The notes beneath the pieces are model-generated. The model worked only from the letters and a program-made list of their open reading frames with translations, was not told the DNA's origin and ran no database searches. The position numbers and the translations under genes are program-made. Below are positions 49,020 through 61,870 of a stretch of 64,000 nucleotides of DNA, piece by piece (the stretch's first letter is position 1; every line of letters begins with the position of its first letter). Origin of the DNA: Pristiophorus japonicus (taxonomy: Eukaryota); the NCBI RefSeq assembly GCF_044704955.1, contig NC_091977.1:14198001-14262000 (forward strand), in the 5' to 3' direction.

Positions 49020-49990
49020 CAATATACATAGATGACCTGAAAGAGGGGACAGAGTGTGGTGTAACAAAATTTGCAGATGACACAAAGATTAGTGGGAAAG
49101 CGGGTTGTGTAGAGGACAGAGAGGCTGCAAAGAGATTTAGATCGGTTTAGCAAATGGGCTAAGGTTTGGCAGATGGAATACAATGTCGGAAAGTGTGAGG
49201 TCATCCACCTTGGAAAAAAACTGTAAAAGGGAATATTATTTGAATGGGAAGAAATTACAACATGCTGCGGTGCAGAGGGACCTGGGGGTCCTTGTGCATG
49301 AATCCCAAAAAGTTAGTTTGCAGGTAATCAGGAAGGCGAATGGAATGCTGGCCTTCATTGCGAGAGGGATGGAGTATAAAAGCAGGGAGGTCCTGCTGCA
49401 ACTGTACAGGGTATTTGTGAGGCCGCACCTGGAGTACTAACGTGCAGTTTTGGTCACCTCACTTAAGGAAGGATAAACTAGCTTTGGAGGGGGAACAGAG
49501 ACGATTCATTAGGCTGATTCCGGAGATGAGAGGGTTACCTTATGATGATAGATTGAGTAGACTGGGTCTTTACTCGTTGGAGTTCAGAAGGATGAGGGGT
49601 GATCTTATAGAAACATTTAAAGTAATGAAAGGGATAGACAAGATAGAGGCAGAGAGGTTGTTTCCACTGGTCGGGGAGACTAGAACTAGGGGCACAGCCT
49701 CAAAATACGGGGGAGCCAATTTAAAACCGAGTTGAGAAGGAATTTCTTCTCCCAGAGGGTTGTGAATCTGTGGAATTCTCTGCCCAAGGAAGCAGTTGAG
49801 GCTAGCTCATTGAATGTATTCAAGTCACAGATAGATAGATTTTTAACCAATAAGGGAATTAAGGGTTATGGGGAGCGGGCAGGTAAGTGGAGCTGAGTCC
49901 ACGGCCAGATCAGCCATGATCTTGTTGAATGGCGGAGCAGGCTCGAGGGGCTAGATGGCCTACTCCTGTTCCTAATTCTTATGTTCTTAT
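49020..49990 (+). mobile_element. Young CR1 LINE 3' fragment (same family as 12770-15775)
   Basis: TIYIDDL...FADDTK to (TTCTTATG)n tail, embedded in an AG-rich repeat. Confidence 0.92.
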
Positions 49991-49991
49991 G

Positions 49992-50165
49992 ACACAGAGA
50001 GAGAGAGAGCGAGGCACAGAGAGAGAGCGAGGCACAGAGAGAGAGCGAGGCACAGAGAGAGAGCGAGGCACAGAGAGAGAGCGAGGCACAGAGAGAGAGC
50101 GAGGCACAGAGAGAGAGCGAGGCACAGAGAGAGAGCGAGGCACAGAGAGAGAGCGAGAGAGAGCA
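49992..50165. repeat. 18-bp tandem repeat (cacagagagagagcgagg) x ~9, continuing the AG-rich repeat at 48860-49020
   Basis: Directly visible. Confidence 0.95.
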
Positions 50166-50499
50166 ATGACATTTAAAAATGAGTTTATTGAACTATAATC
50201 GTTGCAAGATCCACCTGACCACAATATGTGCACCAGCCACCTCCTCCACCAGCCTCAGCTCTCACAACCAGTGCAGGGAAGGTGATCAAAGAGCCCGATG
50301 CGATGCGAACGACCAAGATTTTTTCCGGATATAAAACTCGGCAGTTGCTACGAATCCGAGAACAGGACCTCAGGAACACACTGTCTCGGTGTGAAGCACC
50401 AACTCCCGCTCTGAGCACAGCGCCATCGACACATGGTCATCCCCCGGAAAGGTGGGCTGGGAACTCGAGGGCCTTGTGCAGACACAACGTCAGCTCAGT

Positions 50500-50995
50500 G
50501 TTCACCGTGGGACCCCCCCCCACTCCCCCCCACCCCCCGGTCAGTGCCCTCTCCTCCACTTAACTAACCCCCCCATCTCCCACCTAACTAACCCCCCCCC
50601 CCCCCACCCCCAGGTCAGTGCCCTCTCCCCTACCTAACTAACCCCCCACTACCTGGGTCAGTGCCCCCTTCCCCACCTAACTAACCCCCCCCTACCCACC
50701 CCGGTCAGTGCCCCCACCCAACTAACCTCACCCCCCCTTCCCCCACCTCACTAATTTCCCTCCCCCCTCAATACTCCCTCCCCCACCAACACCTCCATTC
50801 CCCCTCTCCTCCCCCCACCCCAGTCAGTAGCCCCGCCCCCACCTAACTAACCCTTCCCCTCAGCTCCCCACCAAACCCACCTCACTAATCCCTCCCCCGC
50901 ACCTCTTCCCTCACCTCACTAATCCCTCCCCCACCGCCCTCTGTACCCACTCCAACCCCCTCCCCCGCTTCACTACCCCCTCCCCCATCATCGCC
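50500..50995. repeat. C-rich low-complexity degenerate repeat (cacctaactaacccccc)
   Basis: Directly visible. Confidence 0.85.
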
Positions 50996-51269
50996 TCCTC
51001 GCGACTATTCTCCTCCAATGATGGTCTGGAGGGGGGGGGGCTTTACGTCCCACTGACTCGGGGGCTACAGTGTGGGAGAACCGAAAGCAGCCAGCGAACA
51101 CATTAATGGGGCAGCGTTGGCTCTACAAGCCATTTCAGCCGCATATGGTGGAGTCTGACAAGTTTTTCTGATTCATTCTCAGAAGGTGGGCATCACTGGC
51201 ACGGCCAGCGTTTATTGCCCATCCATCGAGGTGGTGCTGGTGGTGGTTCTTGAGCCAAGTGCTGTCGAC

Positions 51270-52015
51270 TCCGAAATCCTGTCTCTCGGTGACATCGTCC
51301 GAAAACACAAAGCCAGGTTCACATGCATGTTGACGACACCCAGCTCGAGCTCAGCACCATCTCTCACGACCCCCCCCCCCTCCACTGCCTCCGAATCGTC
51401 AGACGTCCAGTACTGGAGGAGCAGAAATTTCCTCCAATTAAATATTGGGAAGACCGAAGCCATTGTCTTCGGTCCCTGTCACAAACGGCGTTCCCTAGTC
51501 AACGACTCCACCCCTCTCCCTGGCTACTGTCTGAGGCTCAACCAGACTGTTCGCAAATTAGCCGAACTTATCGACCCGGCACAGAACTTCCAACCCCACA
51601 TCCTGTCCATCACCAACACCGCCTACTTTCACCTCCGTAACATCGCCCGTCTCAGCTCATTCGCCGCTGAAACCCGCACCCATTTTCTAAATCACTTCAA
51701 GGCCTCGCCCCTCTGTAACCTCCTCCAGCCCTACAACCCTCTGCGATCCCTGCGCTTCCCCCAACGCATGCCTCCGTCACATCTCCAATTGTCTTTGCTC
51801 CACCATTGGCGGTCCTGCCGTCAGCTCCCTAACCCTCTCCGCCTCGCTCTCTCTATCTCTTCTCCTCTTTTTAAGACCTACCTCTGACCAAGCTTTAGGT
51901 CCCTGGGTCCTAGGCTTGGTATCAAATTTTGTTTGATAATCGCTCCTGTGAATCGCCCTTGGGACGTTTTACTACATTAAAAGCGTTATTTAAAATGCAG
52001 GTCGTTGCTGCTGTT
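51270..52015 (+). mobile_element. L2-clade LINE RT fragment and 3' tail
   Basis: LGDIVRKH...HMHVDDTQL (YADD-equivalent), FLQLNIGKTEAIVFGP and AYFHLRNIAR, with tail ttgggacgttttactac...tgcag...gttgctg. Confidence 0.8.
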
Positions 52016-53039
52016 GCTCCCAGATCACCGCTGCAGCCACAAAATGTCCCAAAACGCTTCACAGGAACGTAAACAGAATTTGACACACAAGGAGACATTA
52101 GGACAGGTGACCCAAAAGCTTGGTCTCAAAGAGGTAGGTTCTAAGGAGCGTCTTAAAAAAGGAGGAAAAAGAGGTAGAGAGGTTTAGGGTGGGAATTCCA
52201 GAGCTTAGGGCCTGGGCAACTGAAGGCACGGCCACCGATGGTGGGACTGGACAGGTCAGAATGGGATGAACACAGATCTCGGAGAGCAAGGTGCCGCTCA
52301 CTGTACACTGGCCGGGGCAGAACTCATGTCAAAAGCGTGAGCTACCATGGATCCTCCACAGTGGTCAATGTAATCTCCTGGGCTTATTTTGTTGGGGAGG
52401 GGCTCGGAGACATATTTTTCAGATTTGGGGGGGGGGGGGGGGATTTATTTCCCATTTTTTGTCTCCCCCAGGAGATCACATGGATCCAGACAGGTTATCT
52501 TCCAGCCATCTAGGCCCCAAGTTTTGGAATTCCCTTCCAAACTCTTGCCACCTCTCCCTCGCCTCCTTAAAACCTACCTCTTTATGACCAAGCTTTTGGT
52601 CAGCTGTGCTAATATCACCTCATGTGGCCCGGTGTTAGATTTGGTTCGATAATCGCTGCTGCGAAGCGTCTTGGGACGTTTTACTATGTTAAAGGTGCTA
52701 TATAAATGCCAGTTGTTGTTGTTGTTGAAGGTCCAAGTTTCGATCCCTGCTCTGTGGTTCAGGGTCCCGAGTTCTAATCCGGTGACCCGCCCTGCTCACG
52801 TGTGTGTCTGTGTAGACACTGGGAGAGGACCGGATTGGAAGCGATGCACTCTGCAGTTGGACAGCCCGGCAATATTCACCCTGTGGGCTTAAGAGGTGAA
52901 GAAAGACCACTTGGAATGGATGACCAGAGAGCGTCCAGCCCCTGTGGACCTGCTCTCCAGCAAGGCATCAATCCCTTCAGCCAGTTGGCGAAGAACAGGA
53001 CAAGAACTGGACTTTTTTTTTTTAAACACAGCGCGTTGT

Positions 53040-55500
53040 TGTGACCGGAAACGCGCTGCCTGAAAGGGCGGTGGAAGCAGATCCAACAGTAACTTTCAAA
53101 AGGGAATTGGATATATACTTGGATAAAGGAAAATTGTGCGCAGGGCTTATGGGGAAAGGGCAGGGTAGTGGGACTAATTGGAAAGCTCTTCCAGAGAGCT
53201 GGCACAGACACGATGGGCCGAATGGCCTCCTTGTGCAAAGCTTCTATGAGGGGAAGGAAGAAAATTGGCTGAAATAGGAGGGGTCATTTTGATTCAGCTC
53301 CTTTTCTCAAGGAATTATGGGGTTTCGGTAGTGTAGTGGTTACATTGCTGGACTGGTAACCCAGAGATCGCGAGTTCAAATCCCACCAGCTGGAAAATTG
53401 GAATACAGTTAAAATAATCTGAAATTAAGTGGCTGGTGTCAGCGAAAGTGGCCGGTGTCAGCGAAAGTGGCCGTGAAGCTGTCGGATTGTGGCAAGAGCC
53501 CCATCGGCTCACTATCGTCCTCCAGGGAAGGGAACCTGCCGGCCTTACCAGGCTTGGCCATACCCCACTCCAGTTCCACACCCACATGCTAGACTCTTAA
53601 CTACCCTCGCGAGCCACTCAGCTGTATCAAACCTCAACAAAGAACAACATGTGCAGTGTTTGAAGGTGGCCCACCAACACCTTCTCAGGGCAACTGGGGG
53701 CTGGCCTGCGAAATATCCAAACGAAGACTTGCAAGAACCTCTGACCTCACACTCCAACGGTGCACTAAACAGGAGAAGTGAGGCACCGGTGACTGAAAGT
53801 CACTGATCCCAAATGGCTTCAAATGATCCAAACCCATCCCCATCTCTCATTTAAAGGTGCAGTGCCAAAGGGTTTCTATTACCAGGTAGTATGCAGGTAC
53901 AGCAAGTGATCAGGAAGGCAAATGGAATGTTGGCCTTTATTGCAAGGGGGGATAGAGTATAAAAGCAGGAAAGTCCTGCTACAACTGTGCAGGGTATTGG
54001 TGAGGCCACACCTGGAGTACTGCGTACAGTTTTGGTCTCCGTATTTAATGAAGGATATACTTGCATTGGAACTGTTCAGAGAAGGTTCACTAGGTTGATT
54101 CTGGAGATGAGGGGGTTGACTTATGAAGATAGGTTGAGTAGGTTGGGCTTTTACACATTGGAGTTCAGAAGAATGAGGTGTGATCTTATGAAACTTGTAA
54201 GATAATGAGGGGGCTCGACAAGGTGGATGCAGAGAGGATATTTCCAGATAGGTGAAACTAAAACTAGGGGACTGAATAAGGGGCCGCCCATTTAACACTG
54301 AGATGAAGAGGAATTTCTTCTCTCAGAGGGTTGTAAATCTGTGGAATTCTCTGCCCCAGAGAGCTGTGGAGTCTGGGTCACTGAATATATTTAAGGCGGA
54401 GATAGACAGATTTTTGAGCGATCGGGGAGTAAAGGGTTATGGGCAGGGAAGTGGAGCTGAGTCCATGATCAGATCAGCCATGATCTTATTAAATGACGGA
54501 GCAGGCTCGAGGGGCTGAATGGCCTACACCTGCTATTTTTTATGTTCGGCTCAGTGAGGATTTGAGAAACGAGCCTCGAGTGAGGCCAAGAACAGTGCCA
54601 CCCCAGCATCCATCCTCACATTTCGAAAAGCAGAGAAGTTATGTTAAACTAGAATCGAACCCTCAGTTAGAATCACACCTGGAGCATCGTGCAAAGTTCT
54701 GGTCTCCATGTTATAAAAAGGATATAGGAGGCACTGGAGAAGGTGCATAAAAGATTTACAAGGATGGTACCAGAACGGAGAGGTTATAACTAACAGGAAA
54801 GACTGAACAAGCTGGGGCCACTTTTCTCTAGAAAAGTGAAGGCTGAGGGGTGAGGTGATAGAGGTCTTCAAGATTATGAAGGGGCACAGCCTCAAAATAT
54901 GGGGGAGCCAATTTAAAACCGAGTTGAGAAGGAATTTCTTCTCCCAGAGGGTTGTGAATCTGTGGAATTCTCTGCCCAAGGAAGCAGTTGAGGGCTAGCT
55001 CATTGAATGTATTCAAAATCACAGATAGATAGTTTTTAAACCAATAAAGGAATTAAGGGTTATGGGGAGCGGGCGGGTAAGTGGAGCGGAGTCAACGGCC
55101 AGATCAGCCATGACCTTGTTGAATGGCGGAGCAGGCTCGAGGGGCTAGATGGCCTACTCCTGTTCCTAATTCTTATGTTCTTATGTTGATAGGGTAGGTG
55201 TAGAGGTGGTGTTTTCACTTACAGGCGAGACCAGAACTAGGGGCCATAAATCCAAGATAGTCACTAATAAATCCAATCGGGAATTCAGGAGAAACTTCTT
55301 TACCTGGAGAGTGGTGAGAATGTGGAACTCGCTACCACAGGGAGTGGTTGAGGCGAACAGCTTGGATGCATTTAAGGGGAAGCTAGACAAGTACACGAGG
55401 GAGAAAGGAATAGGATATGCTGATAGGGTGAGTAGGAGTGAGTGAAGGAGGATGGTGCGGAGCACAAACACGGACCCGTTGTTTGTGCTGTAAATAACTT
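53040..55500 (+). mobile_element. Cluster of CR1 3' fragments plus a tRNA-SINE copy (53320-53730)
   Basis: Repeated ORF2 C-terminal motifs and tails. Confidence 0.85.
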
Positions 55501-55529
55501 GTAATCTTTTTCGGCCATTTGATCTTCCA

Positions 55530-55860
55530 CCAATCACCTCAAGTCACGTGACATCTTGGTGCCGGCAGGAGAGGGAGGGTCGGAGTAGCCCGTACCCAGG
55601 GCGATGCTCAACAAGTCGTCCATTTGAGTTCACGTGCCTCGCGTTATTTCCTCTTGCACGTTCAGCCTTTACAACATTCCCTACATTCCTAACTGCGGGG
55701 CATTGCCGGACAAAGAGAGACCAAGGTGTGTCTAGTTCGCCATCTACCAATGATAGTCGATGATCCAACGATAATGGAGTTGTTGACCAATCACAGCCAT
55801 CAGTCTCAATCAATGAGTCTATAAAGAGCCAGACACGAAGCGAGGAAACCCCCAGTGACT
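55530..55860 (+). promoter_or_regulatory. Promoter-like motif cluster (E-boxes, CCAAT boxes, TATA) inside an MXD intron, antisense to MXD
   Basis: CCAAT at 55530, 55747 and 55787; GTCACGTGAC at 55543-55552; CACGTG at 55631; TATAAAG at 55820; CCAGT Inr-like at ~55852. Motif evidence only. Confidence 0.3.
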
Positions 55861-56290
55861 TTGAGAACCAGAGGCACACAGTTACTCGTCCCTCTCAAGC
55901 TCGTTACACTCACCACACACCATGTCTCAAATTTCTCATACACTGGATCCCAAAATGTTATTTTCTGACTGAAATCTATCTAAATTGTATTTGAATGAGT
56001 CAATAATATCTGCTCCCGTCTCCCGAGGGAGCCTTTTCCACGGACTGGCCACTCGCTCACTGAAATATTATTTCCGCAGATTAGTTTTGAATTGGCCCCA
56101 CTCCAAGCGCAGTCTGTGTCCTTTGGGTCCACTGTTCTGGACACGGTGAAGTAGTTTATCACGGTCAACATTACCTACTCCCTTTAGAATCCATAAAACA
56201 ACAATCGTATCACCACTCAACCGTCTATCTCCCGGTGTGAACACTCCTCTGTCCCACCAAACCCCACCAAACCCCCCCCCCCCACCATGG

Positions 56291-56728
56291 TGTCAGCGGT
56301 GGCTCAGAAGGTTGTGGGTTCAAGCATCACTCCACAGAATAGAGCACAAAAATCCAGGCTGACACTCCCAGTGCAGTGCTGAGGGAGTGCTGCACTGTCG
56401 GAGGTGCCGTCTTTTGGATGAGACCTTAAACGGAGGCCTCTCAGGTGGACATAAAAAGATCCCGCGGCACTATTTTGAAGAAGAGCAGGGGAATTATCCC
56501 CGGTGTCCTGGCCGATATTTATCCCTCAACCAACATCACTAAAACAGATTATCTGGTCATGATCACAGTGCTGTTTGTGGGAGCTGGCTGTGCGCAAATT
56601 GGCTGCCTGTTTCCCACATTGCAACGGTGACTACACTCCAAAAAAAGTACTTCATTGGCTGTAAAGCACTTTGGAACATCCTGGGGTTGTGAGAGGGGTG
56701 CTATACAAATGCAAGTCTTTCCTTTCAT
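56291..56728 (+). mobile_element. DeuSINE (SacSINE1-like), near full length
   Basis: tRNA-like head, Deu domain, and L2-like tail ending caagtctttcctttc. Confidence 0.85.
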
Positions 56729-57108
56729 TCCCCTCCCTCGAGGTGATGCCGAGCGAGGCCAGCTGCGTGCGCCTTCAACCGCCGGGACCCCCGCCAGGTT
56801 TCTGCAACGTCAGGCTCCTGAAGGTTACAGCTGGCATTTAGAAAAACAGCACACGGGATGATACTTGAAGCGCTCGGAGAGGGGGTGGGAACTCGGGCTA
56901 GACCGGTCTCTCAGTGGAGCGCTGCGTCACGATCACCAGACGTGGTCACTGAATTAAACGGGAAATCGCGGCTCTGCCTTTTCCCGGCCATAATGTCGCA
57001 CCAAAGAGTTCTGACTGAACGCACCGCAGCCGGTCACGCCACAGGCTTAAACCAGCAACACGCGACTAGTTCACAATCTCTCGCCGTACACCAGCTCGCC
57101 ACACTCAC

Positions 57109-57138
57109 CTGTGCTTTTCCAGCTCATTGTGCGAGGAC
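57109..57138 (-). CDS. MXD4: MXD (Mad) family gene, 30-bp internal exon encoding the basic region (R)SSHNELEKH(R)
   Basis: Minus strand ttgtttcag|GTCCTCGCACAATGAGCTGGAAAAGCACAG|gtgagt. Canonical splice sites, phase 2-2, identical to the recalled MXD4 basic region RSSHNELEKHR. The symbol is by sequence similarity; synteny suggests MXD3. Confidence 0.92.
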
Positions 57139-57289
57139 CTGAAACAAAAACAATAATAATAAATACATTTGTTATAGATTTATGGTCATTGGCAAAAGAA
57201 CCAGCTGATGATAATTATTATTTTTTTTTTTTTAAATAGAAATGCACAGCGAGTTGTTGTGATGTGGAATGCGCTGCCTGAAAGAGCGG

Positions 57290-57912
57290 TGGATGGAGTA
57301 CAAAAGCAGAGAGGTCCTGCTGCAACTGTACAGGGTATTGGTGAGGCCGCACCTGGAGTACTGCGTGCAGTTTTGGTCACCTTACTTAAGGAAGGATATA
57401 CTGGCGTTGGAGGGGGTACAGAGACGATTCACTCGGCTGATTCCGGAGATGAGGGGGTTACCTTATGATGATAGATTGAGTAGACTGGGTCTTTACTCGT
57501 TGGAGTTCAGAAGGATGAGGGGTGATCTTATAGAAACATTTAAAATAAGGAAAGGGATAGACAAGATAGAGGCAGAGAGGTTGTTTCCACTGGTAGGGGA
57601 GACTAGAACTAGGGGGCACAATAATACGGGGGAGCCAATTTAAAACCGAGTTGAGAAGGAATTTCTTCTCCCAGAGGGTTGTGAATCTGTGGAATTCTCT
57701 GCCCAAGGAAGCAGTTGAGGCTAGCTCATTGAATGTATTCAAGGTCACAGATAGATAGATTTTTAATCAATAAGGGAATTAAGGGTTACGGGGAGCGGGT
57801 GGGTAAGTGGAGCTGAGTCCATGGCCAGATCAGCCATGATCTTGTTGAATGGCGGAGCAGGCTCGAGGGGCTAGATGGCCTACTCCTGTTCCTAATTCTT
57901 ATGTTCTTATGT
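57290..57912 (+). mobile_element. Young CR1 3' fragment nested in an older CR1 fragment
   Basis: [30 protein letters not shown]...; the older fragment flanks it at 57185-57290 and 57913-58070. Confidence 0.9.
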
Positions 57913-58197
57913 AAGCAGATTCAATAGTAACTTTCAAAAGGGAATTGGGTCATTAGTTGAAGGATTTACAAGGCTTTGGGGGAGAGAGCAGGGGGCGTGC
58001 GCGGCTAATTTGACCGCTCTTTCAAAGATGGGGCGAATGGCCTCCTCCTGTGCTGTGAGATTCTATGATTCGAACTTCATCGGTGTTGCCGCTGAAAAAT
58101 CGTCCCACAAAAATACCACCCCTGCCAGTCCCCCTAATGGGGTAAGGAACCATATAGTACCGAGCTGTCCATCCCAGGCTTATACAGACCTAGCGAT

Positions 58198-58610
58198 TCA
58201 GTGGCTCAATGGGTAACACTCTCACTTGTGAGTCAGTAGGTTGTGGGTTCGAGTCCCACTCCAGACACTTGAGCACATAAATCTAGGCTGACACTCCCAA
58301 TGCAGTGCTGAGGGAGCGCTGCACTGTCGGAGGTGCCGTCTTTCGGATGAGACGTTAAACAGAGGCCCCGTCTGCTCTCTCAGGTGGTCGTAAAAGATCC
58401 CACGGCCACTATTTCGAAGATAATCAGGGGAGTTATCTCCTGGGGCCAATATTTTACCCTCAGTCAACATAACAGAAACAGATTATCTGGGACATTATCG
58501 CAGTGCTGTTTGTGGGAGCTTGCTGTGCGCAAATTGCCTGCCACATTACAACAGTGACTACACTCCAAAAGTACTTCATTAGCGCTATATAAATCCAAGT
58601 CTTTTCTTTC
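58198..58610 (+). mobile_element. DeuSINE (SacSINE1-like), full length with Pol III A and B boxes
   Basis: A box tggctcaatgg at 58202-58212, B box gggttcgagtccc at 58245-58257, Deu domain and tail. Confidence 0.88.
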
Positions 58611-59824
58611 GGGAGGAGGGTGAAAAGCAAAGGAGCCAGGACCTTCCTCCCCCCCCCTCCCTGCTGCTATTCAGTGACCCCCGGCGTGCAGGCACAAAAC
58701 AGGTGACAGGCTCGAGCGTGATACACTCTGCAGCTGAATAGCCGGCTGAAGCTCACACAGGAAGATGATCCGGGCCATCTCTGGCACCCGTGAAACTCTT
58801 ATCGCAGCGAGAGTGAGGAGAAGGGCCCTCGATAACTCTGCTCTATTCAGGAACCAATAAAAGGTCCACACTTCAGCGGAGGACCTCCTCTCGGCCCTGG
58901 GAGATCAAAGCGGCTAACCCAGTCAGAAAAGTTCGATAACAGCCTCGGTACAACAACAACAACAACTTGTATTTATCTAGCGCCGTTAACGTAGTAAAAC
59001 ATCCCAAGGCGTTACAACAGGAGTGATTATGAAACAAAAATTTCATAATTTCATATGGGGGGGGCGTCTGGGGCTGGAGGAGATTACAGAGATAGGGAGG
59101 GGCGAGGCCATGGAGGGATTTGAAACCACAGATGAGAATTTTAAAATCCAACGTCTGATCTGCCAACCGGAAGCCTAATGTTCTAAACGGGAACACTAGG
59201 CTACGGATGTCCGTCCTTCTGAGGTGCCAGATCCAGATCCCACTGCCTCACGTCGAGTGCCCGGGCCCAGAGAGAGCAGGCGATCCACACCACGAGTTTC
59301 TCAAACCACATCAGGCCTCAGCCTCGTCACTCGACGGCGCTGCAGAGCGGCACTGGTGGTTTTCTCCCTGGAACGTCGCGCCCTCCAGGGAGGTACCCCA
59401 TCTCTGCTCATCATCGAGCACAGGAGGGGGGGGGGGGGGGGGGGACATTCGGCCCATCGTGCCACACCCGGGAATTAGGGAATCACCACCTGACGTCGGG
59501 TGGGGCTTCTTCGTACTTTATCCGCGCTGTCTCTTCTCCCTTGCCCCCTCGCTCTTCCCTCTCCCTCGCCCCGCGCACTCTGCCCGTCGAGCTGCAGATG
59601 CTTTCGACACCCACTTCTCTCTCTCTCTCTCTCTCTGCACACCACAAGATAACCGTCGTCCCTCTCTTTCATTGCGGATACTGAGGACGTAGACGCCCCT
59701 CAGCCGATGGAGGAAGAGGAGCCCAGCCCTGCTGAACATGTCCCCTTCACTCCGCCTCACCCTCGCCAGCCCAGATACCAACACTGCGCTGACTTCAGAG
59801 GCTAGGCTGGAGGAGGGATCTTCT

Positions 59825-61265
59825 CAGGAACGCAGGAGGCCATTCAGCCCCTCGAACCTGCTCCGCCATTCAAGTAGATCATGACTGATCTGCACCGCAA
59901 CTCCATTTACCCGCCTTTGCCCCATAGATTGATAGCCTTGCCCAACAAACATTTACCAACTCACTCCTGAAAGCTCCCACTGATCTTTTAGCAGAGGGGT
60001 CAACAACCAGGGGGTTTAGATTTAAAGCAATTGGTAGGTTTAGAGGGGACTTGTGGGGAACTTTTTTCACCCAGAGGGTAGTGGGGTCTGGAACTCACTG
60101 CCTGAAAGGGTGGTACAGGCAGAAACCCTCACCACATTTAAAAAATACTTGGATGTGCACTTGAAGTGCTGTAACCTGCAGGGCTACGGACCGAGAGCTG
60201 GAAAGTGGGATTAGGCTGGTTAGCTCTTGGTCGGCCGCTACGGACACGATGGGCCGAAATGGCCTCCTTCCGTGCTGTAAATTCCTGTGATTCTATGATG
60301 CGCACCCATCTTTTGGGAGAGAGAGTTACAGATTTCCACTACCTTGTGTGTGGAAAGTGCTTCCTTATTTCACTCCAGAATGGCTTAGCTCTTAATTTTT
60401 TTTTAAAAGGAAGTAGTTTCTCTGTATCTACCTCAATCAGATTGCCCCTTAATCTTCTACACTCAGGGGAATAGAAGCCAAGTCTATGCTACCTGTCGTC
60501 AAAATTTAACCCTCTAAGCCCCAGTATCATTTTTTTTTTAAATTCGTTCCGGGATGTGGGCGTCACTGGCAAGACCGGCATTTATTGCCCATCCCTAATT
60601 GCCCGCGAGAAGGTGGTGGTGAGCCGCCTTCTTGAACCGCTGCAGTCCGTGTGGTGAAGGTGCTCCCACAGTGCTGTTAGGGAGGGAGTTCCAGGATTTT
60701 GACCCAGCGACGATGAAGGAACGGCGATATACTTCCAAGTCAGGATGGTGTGTGACTTGGAAGGGAACGTGGAGGTGGTGATGTTGCCATGCGCCTGCTG
60801 CCCATGTCCTTCTAGGTGGTAGAGGTCGCGGGTTTGGGAGGTGCTGCCGAAGAAGCCTTGGCGAGTTGCTGCAGTGCATCTTGTAGATGGTGCACACTGC
60901 AGCCAGGGGGCGCCGGTGGTGGAGGGAGTGAGTGTTTAACAACAACAACTTGTATTTATATGGCGCCTTTAATGTACTGCAACGTCCCAAGGTGCTTCAC
61001 AGGAGTGTTAGGAAATGTTTAAAAATTGGGCTCCTAGCCGCATGAGGAGCAATTAGGGCAGGTGACCAAAAGCTTGTTCAAAGAGGTAGGTTTTAAGGAG
61101 CGCCTTGAAGGAGGAGAGAGATGAGGTGGAGGGAGTGAACGTTGAAGGTGGTGGATGAGGAGCCAATCAAGCGGGCTGCATTGTCCTGGATGGTGTCGAG
61201 CTTCTTGAGTGTTGTTGGGAGTTTCACCCATCCAGGCAAGAGGAGAGTATTCCATCACACTCCTA
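59825..61265. mobile_element. Nested CR1, second-lineage LINE and L2 fragments
   Basis: CR1 at 59980-60300 (+); second-lineage LINE at 60540-60935 and 61125-61265 (-), split by an L2 tail. Confidence 0.75.
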
Positions 61266-61479
61266 CATTCTGGTAATGTTGACGACGCGCCAGACGGCTG
61301 CTGGGGTGGGGTGGTCAGGACACCCCCTACCCCACAATACCAGCTCGCTGGAGGGCAAAGTCACACACTTGCTACAGAGGACTTGGATACAGACTGCCAA
61401 TTGCAAGGCGGCCAACGCAAGAGTTTTAGACCTCCTGTCGACATTTGATGTCTTCAAGATAAAAGGCTAACTGATGTCC

Positions 61480-61870
61480 TGTTACTCGGGGCGGAGGAGC
61501 GGCGCAAGATCGGGGCCCAGGAGCGTCATAATCGGAGGCCCAGGAGAGGCGAGGCCCCAGGGGCAGCACAGGCCAGCCCACTTGCAATCTATGGACAGGA
61601 GGAGTATGTGTGCGCACTGGGTCCGTGCAGCAGAGCTTGGTCTCCAGTCATCTGGTTAATCCTTGCCACTGGACCAAGCCCGTGTGGTGGCTGGTGTGCA
61701 ACGGCCACCCCACGTTAAAAAAAATCCACACACTGGCATCTTCCACCCTTCAACATGTAGTTCGGGACCTGGAATGTCAGGTCCCTCATTGAAACACCTG
61801 TGAACTCATCCCTTTTTGGTGTGGAAGCAAGTCATCCTCGACATGAGGGACTGCCTAATACTATACTATC
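61480..61870 (+). mobile_element. RTE-derived bipartite element copy
   Basis: Contains ATG TAG TTC GGG ACC TGG AAT GTC AGG TCC CTC (M*FGTWNVRSL, RTE endonuclease start) at 61755, with the 3' tail gcaagtcatcctcg...gagggactgcct close behind. Confidence 0.7.

Noticed and set aside
49929-50198. ERERGT-repeat ORF
   Set aside because: A CR1 tail running into an 18-bp microsatellite-derived repeat.
50540-50900. Interstitial telomeric repeat (ggttagttagg on -)
   Set aside because: No true (TTAGGG)n array; only a degenerate C-rich repeat.
58198-58260. tRNA gene
   Set aside because: The A/B boxes belong to a SINE head that continues into the Deu domain; there is no complete cloverleaf or terminator.
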